Source of the DNA: a virus
Lineage: Duplodnaviria; Caudoviricetes
Virus record (IMG/VR): IMGVR_UViG_3300046779_000350
Span: 1-41,655 of that record
Length of the DNA: 41,655 nt
Strand: one strand, 5' to 3'
Below the pieces are notes generated by a model, which made no database searches, was not told the origin of the DNA, and saw nothing but the letters and a program-made list of their open reading frames with translations. The position numbers were made by a program, and so were the translations under genes. This document shows positions 28,495 through 36,377 of the stretch, in pieces (within the stretch, counting starts at the first letter, position 1; each line of letters begins with the position of its first letter).

Positions 28495-28890
28495 TTACTT
28501 TGCCTTTTTCTTAACAGGCTTCTTCATTCCTGCAGCAGCCTTCTTAGCAGCCGCACGTACTCCAGCGCTTACACCTTTTTTCTTTGGTGTGCCTGATACT
28601 CCAGCGCGAATTGTCTTTTCAGCCATCTTCTTTTCAGTACGATTTGCAATACCAGTTGCACGTGACGCTGTCTTCATAGCATCTGTGCGACGACGCTGCT
28701 GCATGACATTTGCTGCACGTGATTCCGCTGTATCTGCATAACGACCCATTACCTTGTCGAGTCCCTTTGCCTTGCCACGTGTTAAATTCATTACGAGTTC
28801 ATCTGTCTTATATGATGAGCCTTTAGCGTAGTTCTCTTCGCGTGCACGTTCACGTGCCTTGCGTGCCTTATCATTTACTGAATTTGCCAT
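28495..28890 (-). CDS. Basic K/R/A-rich protein
   Basis: AGGA RBS before the ATG at 28890; ends AAAKKAAAGMKKPVKKKAK. Confidence 0.75.
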   Translation of the reverse strand: MANSVNDKARKARERAREENYAKGSSYKTDELVMNLTRGKAKGLDKVMGRYADTAESRAANVMQQRRRTDAMKTASRATGIANRTEKKMAEKTIRAGVSGTPKKKGVSAGVRAAAKKAAAGMKKPVKKKAK

Positions 28891-28898
28891 GTTAGTTC

Positions 28899-30785
28899 CT
28901 AACCGAATCGTTCGTTCCACTGCTCTTGATAGGCAGCGTCGAGGTTTACTGATTGTCTCTTTGATAGTTGTGCTTTAGTTGCCCAACGGTTTTCTTTATA
29001 TCGGCTAGTGAATGAAGCCGCTTGCATTAACTCCTTGGCACGCAATACGCCAAACCATAGCGCCATAACACAGTCAGTCTTACCCTTAGTGTTTGGTTTC
29101 CATGTCATCAATTGCTGAAGCAAGGCTTTCATGCCTTCAGAACCTTCAGTAGATGGGAACTCGATTGAGTTATTATCCTGGAACTTGCCATCACGCAGTG
29201 TTCCAAAGAACGTAGACATAGATGCTACGCCCAAGTTAGTGTCCCATTTATTCTTGCCAGTAAAGTGTGGTTTCAAATCACAACCATACTGGGCAAGCCA
29301 ATTACGTAAATCATCATCTAGGGCATAGCCCTTCTGATGAGCGTTAATCTCAACACGCAATTCATTAGGTCGGTACTTAACAACCAACTCTTCAATCGCG
29401 TCACGAATCTTCTGTGGGCTAGGCTCGGACATGTTTATACAGTCAAGCACATATATACGACCATCTGCTGAGTTATAGTTAATAACCACAAATGCAGAGT
29501 TACCCGTCATCGCAGGGTCAAAGCCAATAATTGTATAACCACTTACACGGCTAGGGTGTCCAAGTTTCTCTGGGTCAAGCGGACCACGCTTACGCATGCC
29601 GTTAACGCAACCTTGCACCAAAGGTGCTGAGAAGATTGCATCCTCAGTAATATCTTCTTGCTGGTAGACCAGCGCCCAAGTAGATGCGGTAACTTCACCG
29701 CGTCGCTTATTGAGGGCTTCACCATTCCACTTAGGGTAAAGACCGTTCTCATCTGGGTTGTCATCATCTCCATCCCAAGGGATGTCAGACTTAGCCCAGA
29801 GAGTCACCCAGTCTTCGACCTTCTCTTTGTACTCAAGGACTGCTGGCATAGCCATATAGGTAAATGGGCTCTTGCCGTTAGACCAGTACTTAGGGTCTCT
29901 TAATTCTCTATAGAAGTCAGTTGCCGCAATTCGCGTTCCCACGATAAGCAACTTACCGTTCTTACCCAGACGGGTGATAACTTCCTTCTGGAGCCAGTTA
30001 ATCTGCTTCTCATACTCATGGGCGTTAGCCGTAGTAATGCAGTCGTCTAGGATAATCAAATCTGCGCGAGCACCGTAAATCTGTCCACCCATACCTAGGG
30101 CTTGGATAGTCGGGTCCTTCTCAGATGAATCACGCGCATCGCCACCAAGGTAGACGGTATCTACACGCCAGGTGTCTGCGTCACCCTTCCAACCGCCTTC
30201 AGGACCGAACGCATTCTGCATCTTGGCGTAACGAGGGTGGGACAACCTGTTCTTAATTGAGTATACAAACTCGCGTGCCTTGTTCAACGTCTTGGAGACC
30301 ACGATGATGCGGACGTTAGAGTTGATGGCGATACGGTAGGTCGAGTAGTTCACGGTCACAACCGTGGACTTAGCGTGCTCAGGAGGCACGTTCACCAGCA
30401 GGCGAGTCTGGTCGCCTGGGTCATAGGTCATAGCAGGGTGGAGCCAGGATGGTTCCTTACCCTCAATCAAATCAATCCAGTCCTGATGGTGGGGGAATAC
30501 CTTCGACCCCAGGAACATCTCAGAGAACTGGGCAAAGGAAATCTCTTCCTTGGGAATCCCTAGCGCCTTGATGGAGTTGCTCTTGGCATCCTCCTTGGCT
30601 TGCTCCAACTTACGGGCAAAGTCTGCATCTCTGTAAATCCAGATGCGGGCGGTATCGGGCTTCGAGCCCACCTTCTCCATAGCCTTGGCGAGGGACATAC
30701 CCTCAGCCACCAGCATAAGAACCTTCTCTTTTGCCTCGTTGGTCTTAGCAGTTTTGGGGTTGGTCGCCCCCTTTTCGAACGTCAT
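28899..30785 (-). CDS. terL: Terminase large subunit with N-terminal HTH-like extension
   Basis: Walker A VPPEHAKST, Walker B LIILDD, coupling motif IVGTR, nuclease IIGFDPA and KTDCVMALW. Confidence 0.93.
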   Translation of the reverse strand: MTFEKGATNPKTAKTNEAKEKVLMLVAEGMSLAKAMEKVGSKPDTARIWIYRDADFARKLEQAKEDAKSNSIKALGIPKEEISFAQFSEMFLGSKVFPHHQDWIDLIEGKEPSWLHPAMTYDPGDQTRLLVNVPPEHAKSTVVTVNYSTYRIAINSNVRIIVVSKTLNKAREFVYSIKNRLSHPRYAKMQNAFGPEGGWKGDADTWRVDTVYLGGDARDSSEKDPTIQALGMGGQIYGARADLIILDDCITTANAHEYEKQINWLQKEVITRLGKNGKLLIVGTRIAATDFYRELRDPKYWSNGKSPFTYMAMPAVLEYKEKVEDWVTLWAKSDIPWDGDDDNPDENGLYPKWNGEALNKRRGEVTASTWALVYQQEDITEDAIFSAPLVQGCVNGMRKRGPLDPEKLGHPSRVSGYTIIGFDPAMTGNSAFVVINYNSADGRIYVLDCINMSEPSPQKIRDAIEELVVKYRPNELRVEINAHQKGYALDDDLRNWLAQYGCDLKPHFTGKNKWDTNLGVASMSTFFGTLRDGKFQDNNSIEFPSTEGSEGMKALLQQLMTWKPNTKGKTDCVMALWFGVLRAKELMQAASFTSRYKENRWATKAQLSKRQSVNLDAAYQEQWNERFG

Positions 30786-31362
30786 CTAGCCCCCTAGAAA
30801 GTTATGTGCCCCAGCAATTTGGCGTACCATGGATTGTTCTGGGGCTATTAAAAATGGACAGACTTCACCTGCCTTGTAGCAGATTAGTACAGTCTGTTGT
30901 AACAGATGTGAAGAAGGCTCTAAAAAGACTTCTGAACTATTTTAGTCTCTATATATACTTAATCCGTTCAAATAGGTCAAACGAACATTTCTGACAGAAA
31001 TATTATAAAACTGCAGGTCAGACAGTACTGGGGTCCTACTGTACAGAAATATTTTAGGTAGAGATACACCATATACTCAACTAAACTATTAATAACTGTA
31101 GGGTCAAACAGTTACTGTTACAGACTAAAGACCACTACAGTACAGATAGTCTGCGTGGTTGTAGGCAGTCTCTCTGCCTAGGCACAGACTGAACCTTGTG
31201 CCCAGTATATTTAAACTGTATATACTGCGGTGACATAGTCTGTATCTATAGGTCTCCTTCCTTGTCAAGTCCATAAACGCTACGCATGGACTAGACAATT
31301 CCCTCCGACCTATGATGTTCTGTTTGCTGTAGTTAGAATCTATCTAACACAGAAAGGTAACT
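30786..31362. promoter_or_regulatory. Divergent control region (promoters, possible origin or packaging site)
   Basis: Largest non-coding gap at the strand switch; direct repeats, palindromes, hairpins; TGGACT-18nt-TATGAT at 31287..31316. Confidence 0.7.
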
Positions 31363-31812
31363 ATGTCTCAGTATGAACTCCCTCTCGGCATGAGTCTCAC
31401 CAACCAATGTTATGACTGCATGCAAATGGATTCCCTATGCGACAACTGCCAAGACCTTGCCGACGCAAGGCTTGCTGACCGCGCTCATGAACTGGTAGAT
31501 GAGGGTAATCTCCAGTACGCTCGCCCTTGGTTTGCCACTACGGAACCAAGTGCTCACGATTGGGTAGCACCAGTCACAGCCCTAGTTCGTCCAGCGCATA
31601 TGCCAGACGGAACCATCAGGGTAGAACGGAACGAGTATCTACCTCCCATCACTAACCTCCAAGACGGCGGTGTCTATGAGGAACTGTGGGAGTTGGACGA
31701 CATGCGCCAAAGAGCGCGTGAGACTGAGTGTCAATGGTGTCATCTGCTTACCCCAAAAGCATTCAATGACTGCCAAGCATGTGACAAGCCACTAGAACTA
31801 AACGTAAGGTAA
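31363..31812 (+). CDS. Early protein with two Cys4 clusters
   Basis: CYDC..CDNC and CQWC..CQAC; AAAGG RBS. Confidence 0.8.
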   Translation: MSQYELPLGMSLTNQCYDCMQMDSLCDNCQDLADARLADRAHELVDEGNLQYARPWFATTEPSAHDWVAPVTALVRPAHMPDGTIRVERNEYLPPITNLQDGGVYEELWELDDMRQRARETECQWCHLLTPKAFNDCQACDKPLELNVR

Positions 31813-31816
31813 CAAG

Positions 31817-31853
31817 CAGGTAGCCCCTCTCCCTAGCGGGAGGGGCAACCCGC
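31817..31853 (+). promoter_or_regulatory. GC-rich intergenic hairpin
   Basis: GGTAGCCCCTCTC/GGGAGGGGCAACC stem without U-tract, followed by an A-rich spacer and AAGGAG. Confidence 0.6.
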
Positions 31854-31890
31854 CAGTAAGTAAACTAATCAACTAACTAAGGAGAAGCAA

Positions 31891-32238
31891 GTGAAGAACG
31901 AAGTAACTATCACAGGTACAGTAAAAAACGTAAAGACATATTCAAACGAGCGTGGAACATTACTTACAGGCTGGTTTGACCAACGAGATACATCTCGCAC
32001 CTCAGACGGAACCGCAGACCGTCAGGTCTATGTAGTTGGCATGAATATCGTAGCACTAGATGATTCCACAGTAGGTGAGATTCTAGGTGCAACTAAGGCA
32101 GGAACAGAAGCCTCAATGCCAATCACAATCACAGGACGCATGGTCACTCGCTTTGACCGCCGTCCAAATGTACCTCGCGAGAAACAGTATGCACCAACAC
32201 TCCAGTTGGAAGTACATGCTGTAGAAGTACACGCATAA
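31891..32238 (+). CDS. SSB/PriB-like OB-fold protein
   Basis: NEVTITGTV...NIVA...PITITGRMVTR...QLEVHAVE follows the SSB OB-fold pattern; no acidic tail. Confidence 0.7.
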   Translation: MKNEVTITGTVKNVKTYSNERGTLLTGWFDQRDTSRTSDGTADRQVYVVGMNIVALDDSTVGEILGATKAGTEASMPITITGRMVTRFDRRPNVPREKQYAPTLQLEVHAVEVHA

Positions 32239-32245
32239 AGACCAG

Positions 32246-32289
32246 GTAGGTGGGTGGTTCACCAGAGCCACTCACCTATTTTCTTTTTT
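32246..32289 (+). terminator. Intrinsic terminator
   Basis: TAGGTGGGTGGTTC-ACCA-GAGCCACTCACCTA followed by TTTTCTTTTTT. Confidence 0.9.
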
Positions 32290-32348
32290 CAAGGAGTTAA
32301 GTCGTTGGAACGGCTAACTACAAGTCCACAATTAATCAAAGGAGAATC

Positions 32349-32519
32349 ATGTATCTATCTACATCAGAAGTAATCGGCTTGACCATTGCACTAGCATCAT
32401 CAATCTTTATTATAGTTCTAACTACTATTGCAAACTACCAGTTGCAGCAGGATAATAAATTCCTGCGCCGCAGACTGCGTGTGAACAGAGAGTACTATCA
32501 GAAGGTAGCGAGTAACTAA
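32349..32519 (+). CDS. Single-TM small protein (56 aa, absent from the ORF track)
   Basis: AAGGAG RBS; MYLSTSEVIGLTIALASSIFIIVLTTIANYQLQQDNKFLRRRLR...; TAATG coupling. Confidence 0.8.
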   Translation: MYLSTSEVIGLTIALASSIFIIVLTTIANYQLQQDNKFLRRRLRVNREYYQKVASN

Positions 32520-32737
32520 TGATGAATCTAAAGGAACAGATAGGACAGTACGAAGTATCTACTGTAGCCCTTCCCTTTGCCCATGGTCTAGACCTATATG
32601 AGACCATGGTCTTTGACAAGGACGACCATTCAGTAGAGAATTATACAGCCAGATACAAATCATATGATGAGGCAGAGGCTGGACATGAAAGTACAATAGA
32701 CCTAGTCCGACAACTAATACTGGAGAAACTACGATGA
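32519..32737 (+). CDS. Hypothetical phage protein
   Basis: VSTV.L...YETMVF...RY.SYDEAEAGH motif. Confidence 0.8.
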   Translation: MMNLKEQIGQYEVSTVALPFAHGLDLYETMVFDKDDHSVENYTARYKSYDEAEAGHESTIDLVRQLILEKLR

Positions 32738-32865
32738 GTGAACCAAGAGAAGACGACGACATTGCATTGGATAAAGATGGCGAGTGCGAAGACTGCGGCA
32801 ACTTTATCTTTGAGTGTGTATGTAATATTCCCGACGAACCTTACGACGTAGTCTATGCTGACTAG
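32734..32865 (+). CDS. Acidic Cys4 micro-protein (43 aa)
   Basis: MSEPREDDDIALDKDGECEDCGNFIFECVC...; ATGA coupling. Confidence 0.7.
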   Translation: MSEPREDDDIALDKDGECEDCGNFIFECVCNIPDEPYDVVYAD

Positions 32866-33289
32866 CGCATTCAAGAAATACTATGCCAGCATAAGCATAG
32901 CCATCCTTACATTCGCTAGCATGATAGGCATCCCTATCAAATCGCTAGCCGACAATCCTAACTATGACCCATGCAAGGTTGAGTTAGGTCCAACAGTATG
33001 GAGCAAGCAGAAGGCTAAAGCCTATGCCCTTGCATATATGAAACTACACCACCCAACATGGACTAAGGCTGAGTGGCGTTCACTTAATAAGTTATGGGGC
33101 AAGGAGTCTGCTTGGAATATGTATGCAGATAATCCTGAGTCCAGTGCTTATGGAATCGCACAGATTCTAAACACCAAGCCTGGAACTCCAGCCCCTCTAC
33201 AGATTGAGAAGGGGCTGTCGTATATCGTTCATCGTTACGACAAGCCATCAATCGCATGGGCTCACCATAGAAAGAACGGTTGGTACTAA
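32855..33289 (+). CDS. Secreted lytic transglycosylase-like (SLT/Apf-like) protein
   Basis: Signal peptide; LWGKESAWN..A.NPESSAYGIAQ...QI..GL.YI..RY..P..AW.H....GWY. Confidence 0.88.
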   Translation: MLTSAFKKYYASISIAILTFASMIGIPIKSLADNPNYDPCKVELGPTVWSKQKAKAYALAYMKLHHPTWTKAEWRSLNKLWGKESAWNMYADNPESSAYGIAQILNTKPGTPAPLQIEKGLSYIVHRYDKPSIAWAHHRKNGWY

Positions 33290-33462
33290 TGAACTACATA
33301 GTACAAGTAGAAATCTCAGTCGAAGCAGATGATGATGACGCTGCTTTATTCTGGGTGAAAGATGCAGTACAAATGTATGGCGCAACAATGTCTATTCATC
33401 GGTGGATAGATACACGACTAGAAAGAGAGAGCAACAATGGAACAGACACTAACAATCAATGA
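33289..33462 (+). CDS. Hypothetical small protein
   Basis: TAATG coupling; YIVQVEISVEADDDDAA. Confidence 0.65.
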   Translation: MNYIVQVEISVEADDDDAALFWVKDAVQMYGATMSIHRWIDTRLERESNNGTDTNNQ

Positions 33463-33940
33463 CCAACTCGTAGAGTTAGGTACGCTAGAAGGCAACGAAG
33501 AAACTGCACCTCAGCGTGTAGGTGCACGTCTAATTGAATCCTATTTCAATACATTCAATGATGAGCATGCACTAAGCGTTGAGCAGGCAGCAAACATTCT
33601 CTACTATCTAACAGACATTCAGGTACGTGACTATGCACTTGGCTTACTAGACAAGGACAAGTCAGACCGTCTTGTCCCTGCATTGCTACACTTAGTAGAC
33701 CTAGCCCCAACAGATACCATCTACATCAACGCACCAGCCTCATTGCTGTCAGTTGTATACTATGAGATGCGTAATCCATCAGATTCATTGACCAGCCTAA
33801 GCAATGCAAGTAAAGACTATTCATTGGCTCAGTTGCTACGCCGTGTTTATACAGCAGGCTGGGACCCAAGCACATTTGCTCGTATGCGTGAAGAACTACA
33901 TCCTCAAGTAACAGCAGGTATCTTCGGAGAGGATGCATAG
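33437..33940 (+). CDS. DUF4192-like protein (C-terminal part of the actinobacterial family)
   Basis: LTDIQVRDYALG...APASLL...YSLAQLL..V..AGW.P. Confidence 0.7.
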   Translation: MEQTLTINDQLVELGTLEGNEETAPQRVGARLIESYFNTFNDEHALSVEQAANILYYLTDIQVRDYALGLLDKDKSDRLVPALLHLVDLAPTDTIYINAPASLLSVVYYEMRNPSDSLTSLSNASKDYSLAQLLRRVYTAGWDPSTFARMREELHPQVTAGIFGEDA

Positions 33941-33942
33941 TC

Positions 33943-34299
33943 ATGGGTCTTGACATGTATCTATATCAAAAAGATACACATGAGGTAGCCTATTGGCGTA
34001 AGGCTAATGCTATTCATGGCTGGATTATCGGAACTACTAAGTCAGTAGATGACTGCACACCTATCCATCTCACCAAGATGGACATCGTTCAGTTACGAGA
34101 TGACTGCCAGAAAGTACTAGATGAGGGCACACAAGACATGGCATGGGAACTATTGCCTCCAACCAGTGGCTTCTTCTTTGGTAGCACAGAGATTGACGAG
34201 TGGTACTGGGATGATATAAAATCTACACTTGAAAAACTAAATACAATTATAGATGAAACCAGCGACGATGCTCAGTTTGAGTATCAAGCATCATGGTAA
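33943..34299 (+). CDS. Conserved hypothetical phage protein
   Basis: MGLDMYL, YWRKANAIHGW, LPPTSGFFFGS, YQASW. Confidence 0.85.
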   Translation: MGLDMYLYQKDTHEVAYWRKANAIHGWIIGTTKSVDDCTPIHLTKMDIVQLRDDCQKVLDEGTQDMAWELLPPTSGFFFGSTEIDEWYWDDIKSTLEKLNTIIDETSDDAQFEYQASW

Positions 34300-34309
34300 G
34301 GAGAGAGTA

Positions 34310-35338
34310 ATGCTGCAAGTTAGCGAGTCATATAATAATAAAGCAATCAGCAAACTAAACAAGCAGGCTTGGGTAAAGGCTGGCACAGCAGTAAGTGCTG
34401 GCTCTGCATCAGAGGCTGCACGACAGGCTGGTCTTGACTGGACTGTTCAACTAACAGACATGCAAGCAACATACAAACAGCCACTTGCAAGTGGTGATAC
34501 TTATACACACAGAGTAGAAGTACCACGCAAACAAGCAGTACTTAAGTTTATGCCAGGCTGTGAAGTACCTGAGTCTGTCATTGGTGTAGTCGGTGACAAG
34601 TACAAGGTAGTGCAGAACATGGAAGTATTTAGTGCGCTAGATACACTGGTAGATTCAGGTGACGCACGCTATACAGCAGCAGGTGAGTACAATAACGGCG
34701 CTAACATCTGGATGATTATGGAACTACCTCTAGGTGTAAACGTAGCCAATGACCCACATGCTGCATTCCTGCTAGTGCAATCATCACATGATGGTTCATG
34801 CGCAGTACGCATCCGCCCTATCATTGAACGTTTGTTCTGCTCTAATCAAATCAACGGTATCGTTAAGGGCAAGAAGACAAACGACTTTACTTATGTTATG
34901 AAACATACAAGTAACTCAGAGTTATCTGTCAATGACATTCGTAACATCACACAACTTACATACCAAGCCATTGAAGAGTATGAAGTAACAGCCAATGGTT
35001 TGCTACAGCGTGAGGTATCAGCAGCACAAGTACGTGATTACTTCAAGCGTGTATGGGCATTGCCTTCTACTGTAGAGGACAAGCCATACCACCTACTCAC
35101 ACAGGGTGAGCGCAGACAACAGACCATTGCTATTACTGCACGCGACAAAGCGTGGCAGGTATACAATGAATCAGAAACACAAGCCAACATTCGAGGCACA
35201 GCATTTGGTGCATGGCAAGCAGTGGTAGAATACGCTGACCACCATGCTTCGGGTGGCTCCGAACGGCTCGCCGTTGCCACCCTCAGTGGACGCAATGACA
35301 ACATCAAGAACAAAGCACTAAGCCTAGTGCTTGCATAG
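34310..35338 (+). CDS. DUF932 (TIGR03299-like) protein
   Basis: AGLDWTV, GVVGDKYKVVQN.E.F, SSHDGS, RLFCSNQ, KHT, RGTAFGAWQAVVEYADH; AAGGAG RBS. Confidence 0.9.
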   Translation: MLQVSESYNNKAISKLNKQAWVKAGTAVSAGSASEAARQAGLDWTVQLTDMQATYKQPLASGDTYTHRVEVPRKQAVLKFMPGCEVPESVIGVVGDKYKVVQNMEVFSALDTLVDSGDARYTAAGEYNNGANIWMIMELPLGVNVANDPHAAFLLVQSSHDGSCAVRIRPIIERLFCSNQINGIVKGKKTNDFTYVMKHTSNSELSVNDIRNITQLTYQAIEEYEVTANGLLQREVSAAQVRDYFKRVWALPSTVEDKPYHLLTQGERRQQTIAITARDKAWQVYNESETQANIRGTAFGAWQAVVEYADHHASGGSERLAVATLSGRNDNIKNKALSLVLA

Positions 35339-35339
35339 T

Positions 35340-35468
35340 ATTGGTGCCCGTTACTAGGAGTGATGGGATGTACACACCAATTGGCATAGTGAACCAGCGT
35401 AAGGTCCCGCGTGAAGACTGAGATGCAGGTAGTTTATGCCTCACCTGAGCATGTGATTAAACTGCTCA
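35340..35468 (+). ncRNA. Candidate structured RNA leader ending in pseudoknot copy 2 (35441..35468)
   Basis: Hairpin 35340..35381, GGCATAG/TTATGCC-closed domain 35383..35440, then TCAC-CTGAGCAT-GTGA-TTAAAC-TGCTCA. Confidence 0.6.
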
Positions 35469-35489
35469 TCCAAACAACGAGAGGGAAAC

Positions 35490-35909
35490 ATGAACACAAT
35501 CCAAGTTACAACAGAAGATGGTACTATTAACTATACCGAAGCAGAGGTTCTACATTTCAAGAAGAGAGCGCAGGAAGTAGATGCAATCCAGCAAGCCAGC
35601 GACAATCAATGGAAACAAATCCGTGACATTCGTAATCAGGTCCGTGACTTCTTCAGTGAAGGTGAATGGTCAGACGGTGAAACAGTCTGCAACAAGGGTG
35701 ATGTCAATGCATTACTCGAACGTATCGGAACACACAAACTCACAACCAAGTATCGTGGAACATTCACAGTTACTGGTACATTCGAAATAGATGCAGAAGA
35801 AGAAGATGAAGTCGAGTCAACTATTGCAGATAACCTTTCAGTTGAATGTTATGCTGCAGATATAGACGTAGATAACATTGAGATTCTTGACATCGAAGAA
35901 GACAACTAA
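35490..35909 (+). CDS. Hypothetical acidic protein
   Basis: GAGGG RBS; coiled coil then acidic beta-rich C-terminus. Confidence 0.8.
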   Translation: MNTIQVTTEDGTINYTEAEVLHFKKRAQEVDAIQQASDNQWKQIRDIRNQVRDFFSEGEWSDGETVCNKGDVNALLERIGTHKLTTKYRGTFTVTGTFEIDAEEEDEVESTIADNLSVECYAADIDVDNIEILDIEEDN

Positions 35910-36283
35910 TGTCTTCAGCCTATGTTCCGTATAACGGTACTGCTGGCTGGTCAGGTACGGATACATCTCAGCAGAGAGCGCTAGATAATATCCACTCAGA
36001 ACGGGAAGAAAACAACCAGCAAAAAGCGTTACGTCTATTAAAACTTAGAGGTACAGTAGGCTTAACCTGGAAAGAGTTAAGCACAGAAACAGGTTGGCAT
36101 CATGGCACTGCAAGTGGCATACTGTCAGTCCTGCATATGTCTGGTGCGATTGTTCGCACCTATACAGTACGTAATAGATGTAAGGTCTACGTCCATCAGA
36201 ACTTTAAAGATGACGTTAAGATTGAACCGCGCATTAAGAAAGAAAAACTTTGTCCGCATTGCGGCAATAACATCAACGCATAA
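35909..36283 (+). CDS. Winged-HTH DNA-binding protein with C-terminal CxxC
   Basis: GLTWKELSTETGWHHGTASGILSVLHMSGAI; CPHCG. Confidence 0.8.
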   Translation: MSSAYVPYNGTAGWSGTDTSQQRALDNIHSEREENNQQKALRLLKLRGTVGLTWKELSTETGWHHGTASGILSVLHMSGAIVRTYTVRNRCKVYVHQNFKDDVKIEPRIKKEKLCPHCGNNINA

Positions 36284-36291
36284 CCGTTCTA

Positions 36292-36374
36292 TGCTATGAT
36301 GGGACAACCAGTAGGGCGGTAGGTTTTTGGCTCTCTCCTTGTCCTACCCCCACTGGTATCTTAATCTAAGGAGA
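36292..36374 (+). promoter_or_regulatory. Extended -10 promoter and structured leader of the replication operon
   Basis: TGcTATGAT at 36292..36300; stem 36307..36357 with a CTCTCTCCTT loop; AAGGAGA RBS at 36368..36374. Confidence 0.65.
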
Positions 36375-36377
36375 ACA

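Noticed and set aside
30806-30994. 62-aa plus-strand ORF in the control region
   Set aside because: No RBS, atypical composition, and it overlaps the terminase leader hairpin and repeats.
35383-35440. tRNA-like 7-bp closing stem
   Set aside because: Too short, with no TTCRA T-loop, canonical D-loop or CCA; kept only as a generic structured RNA.
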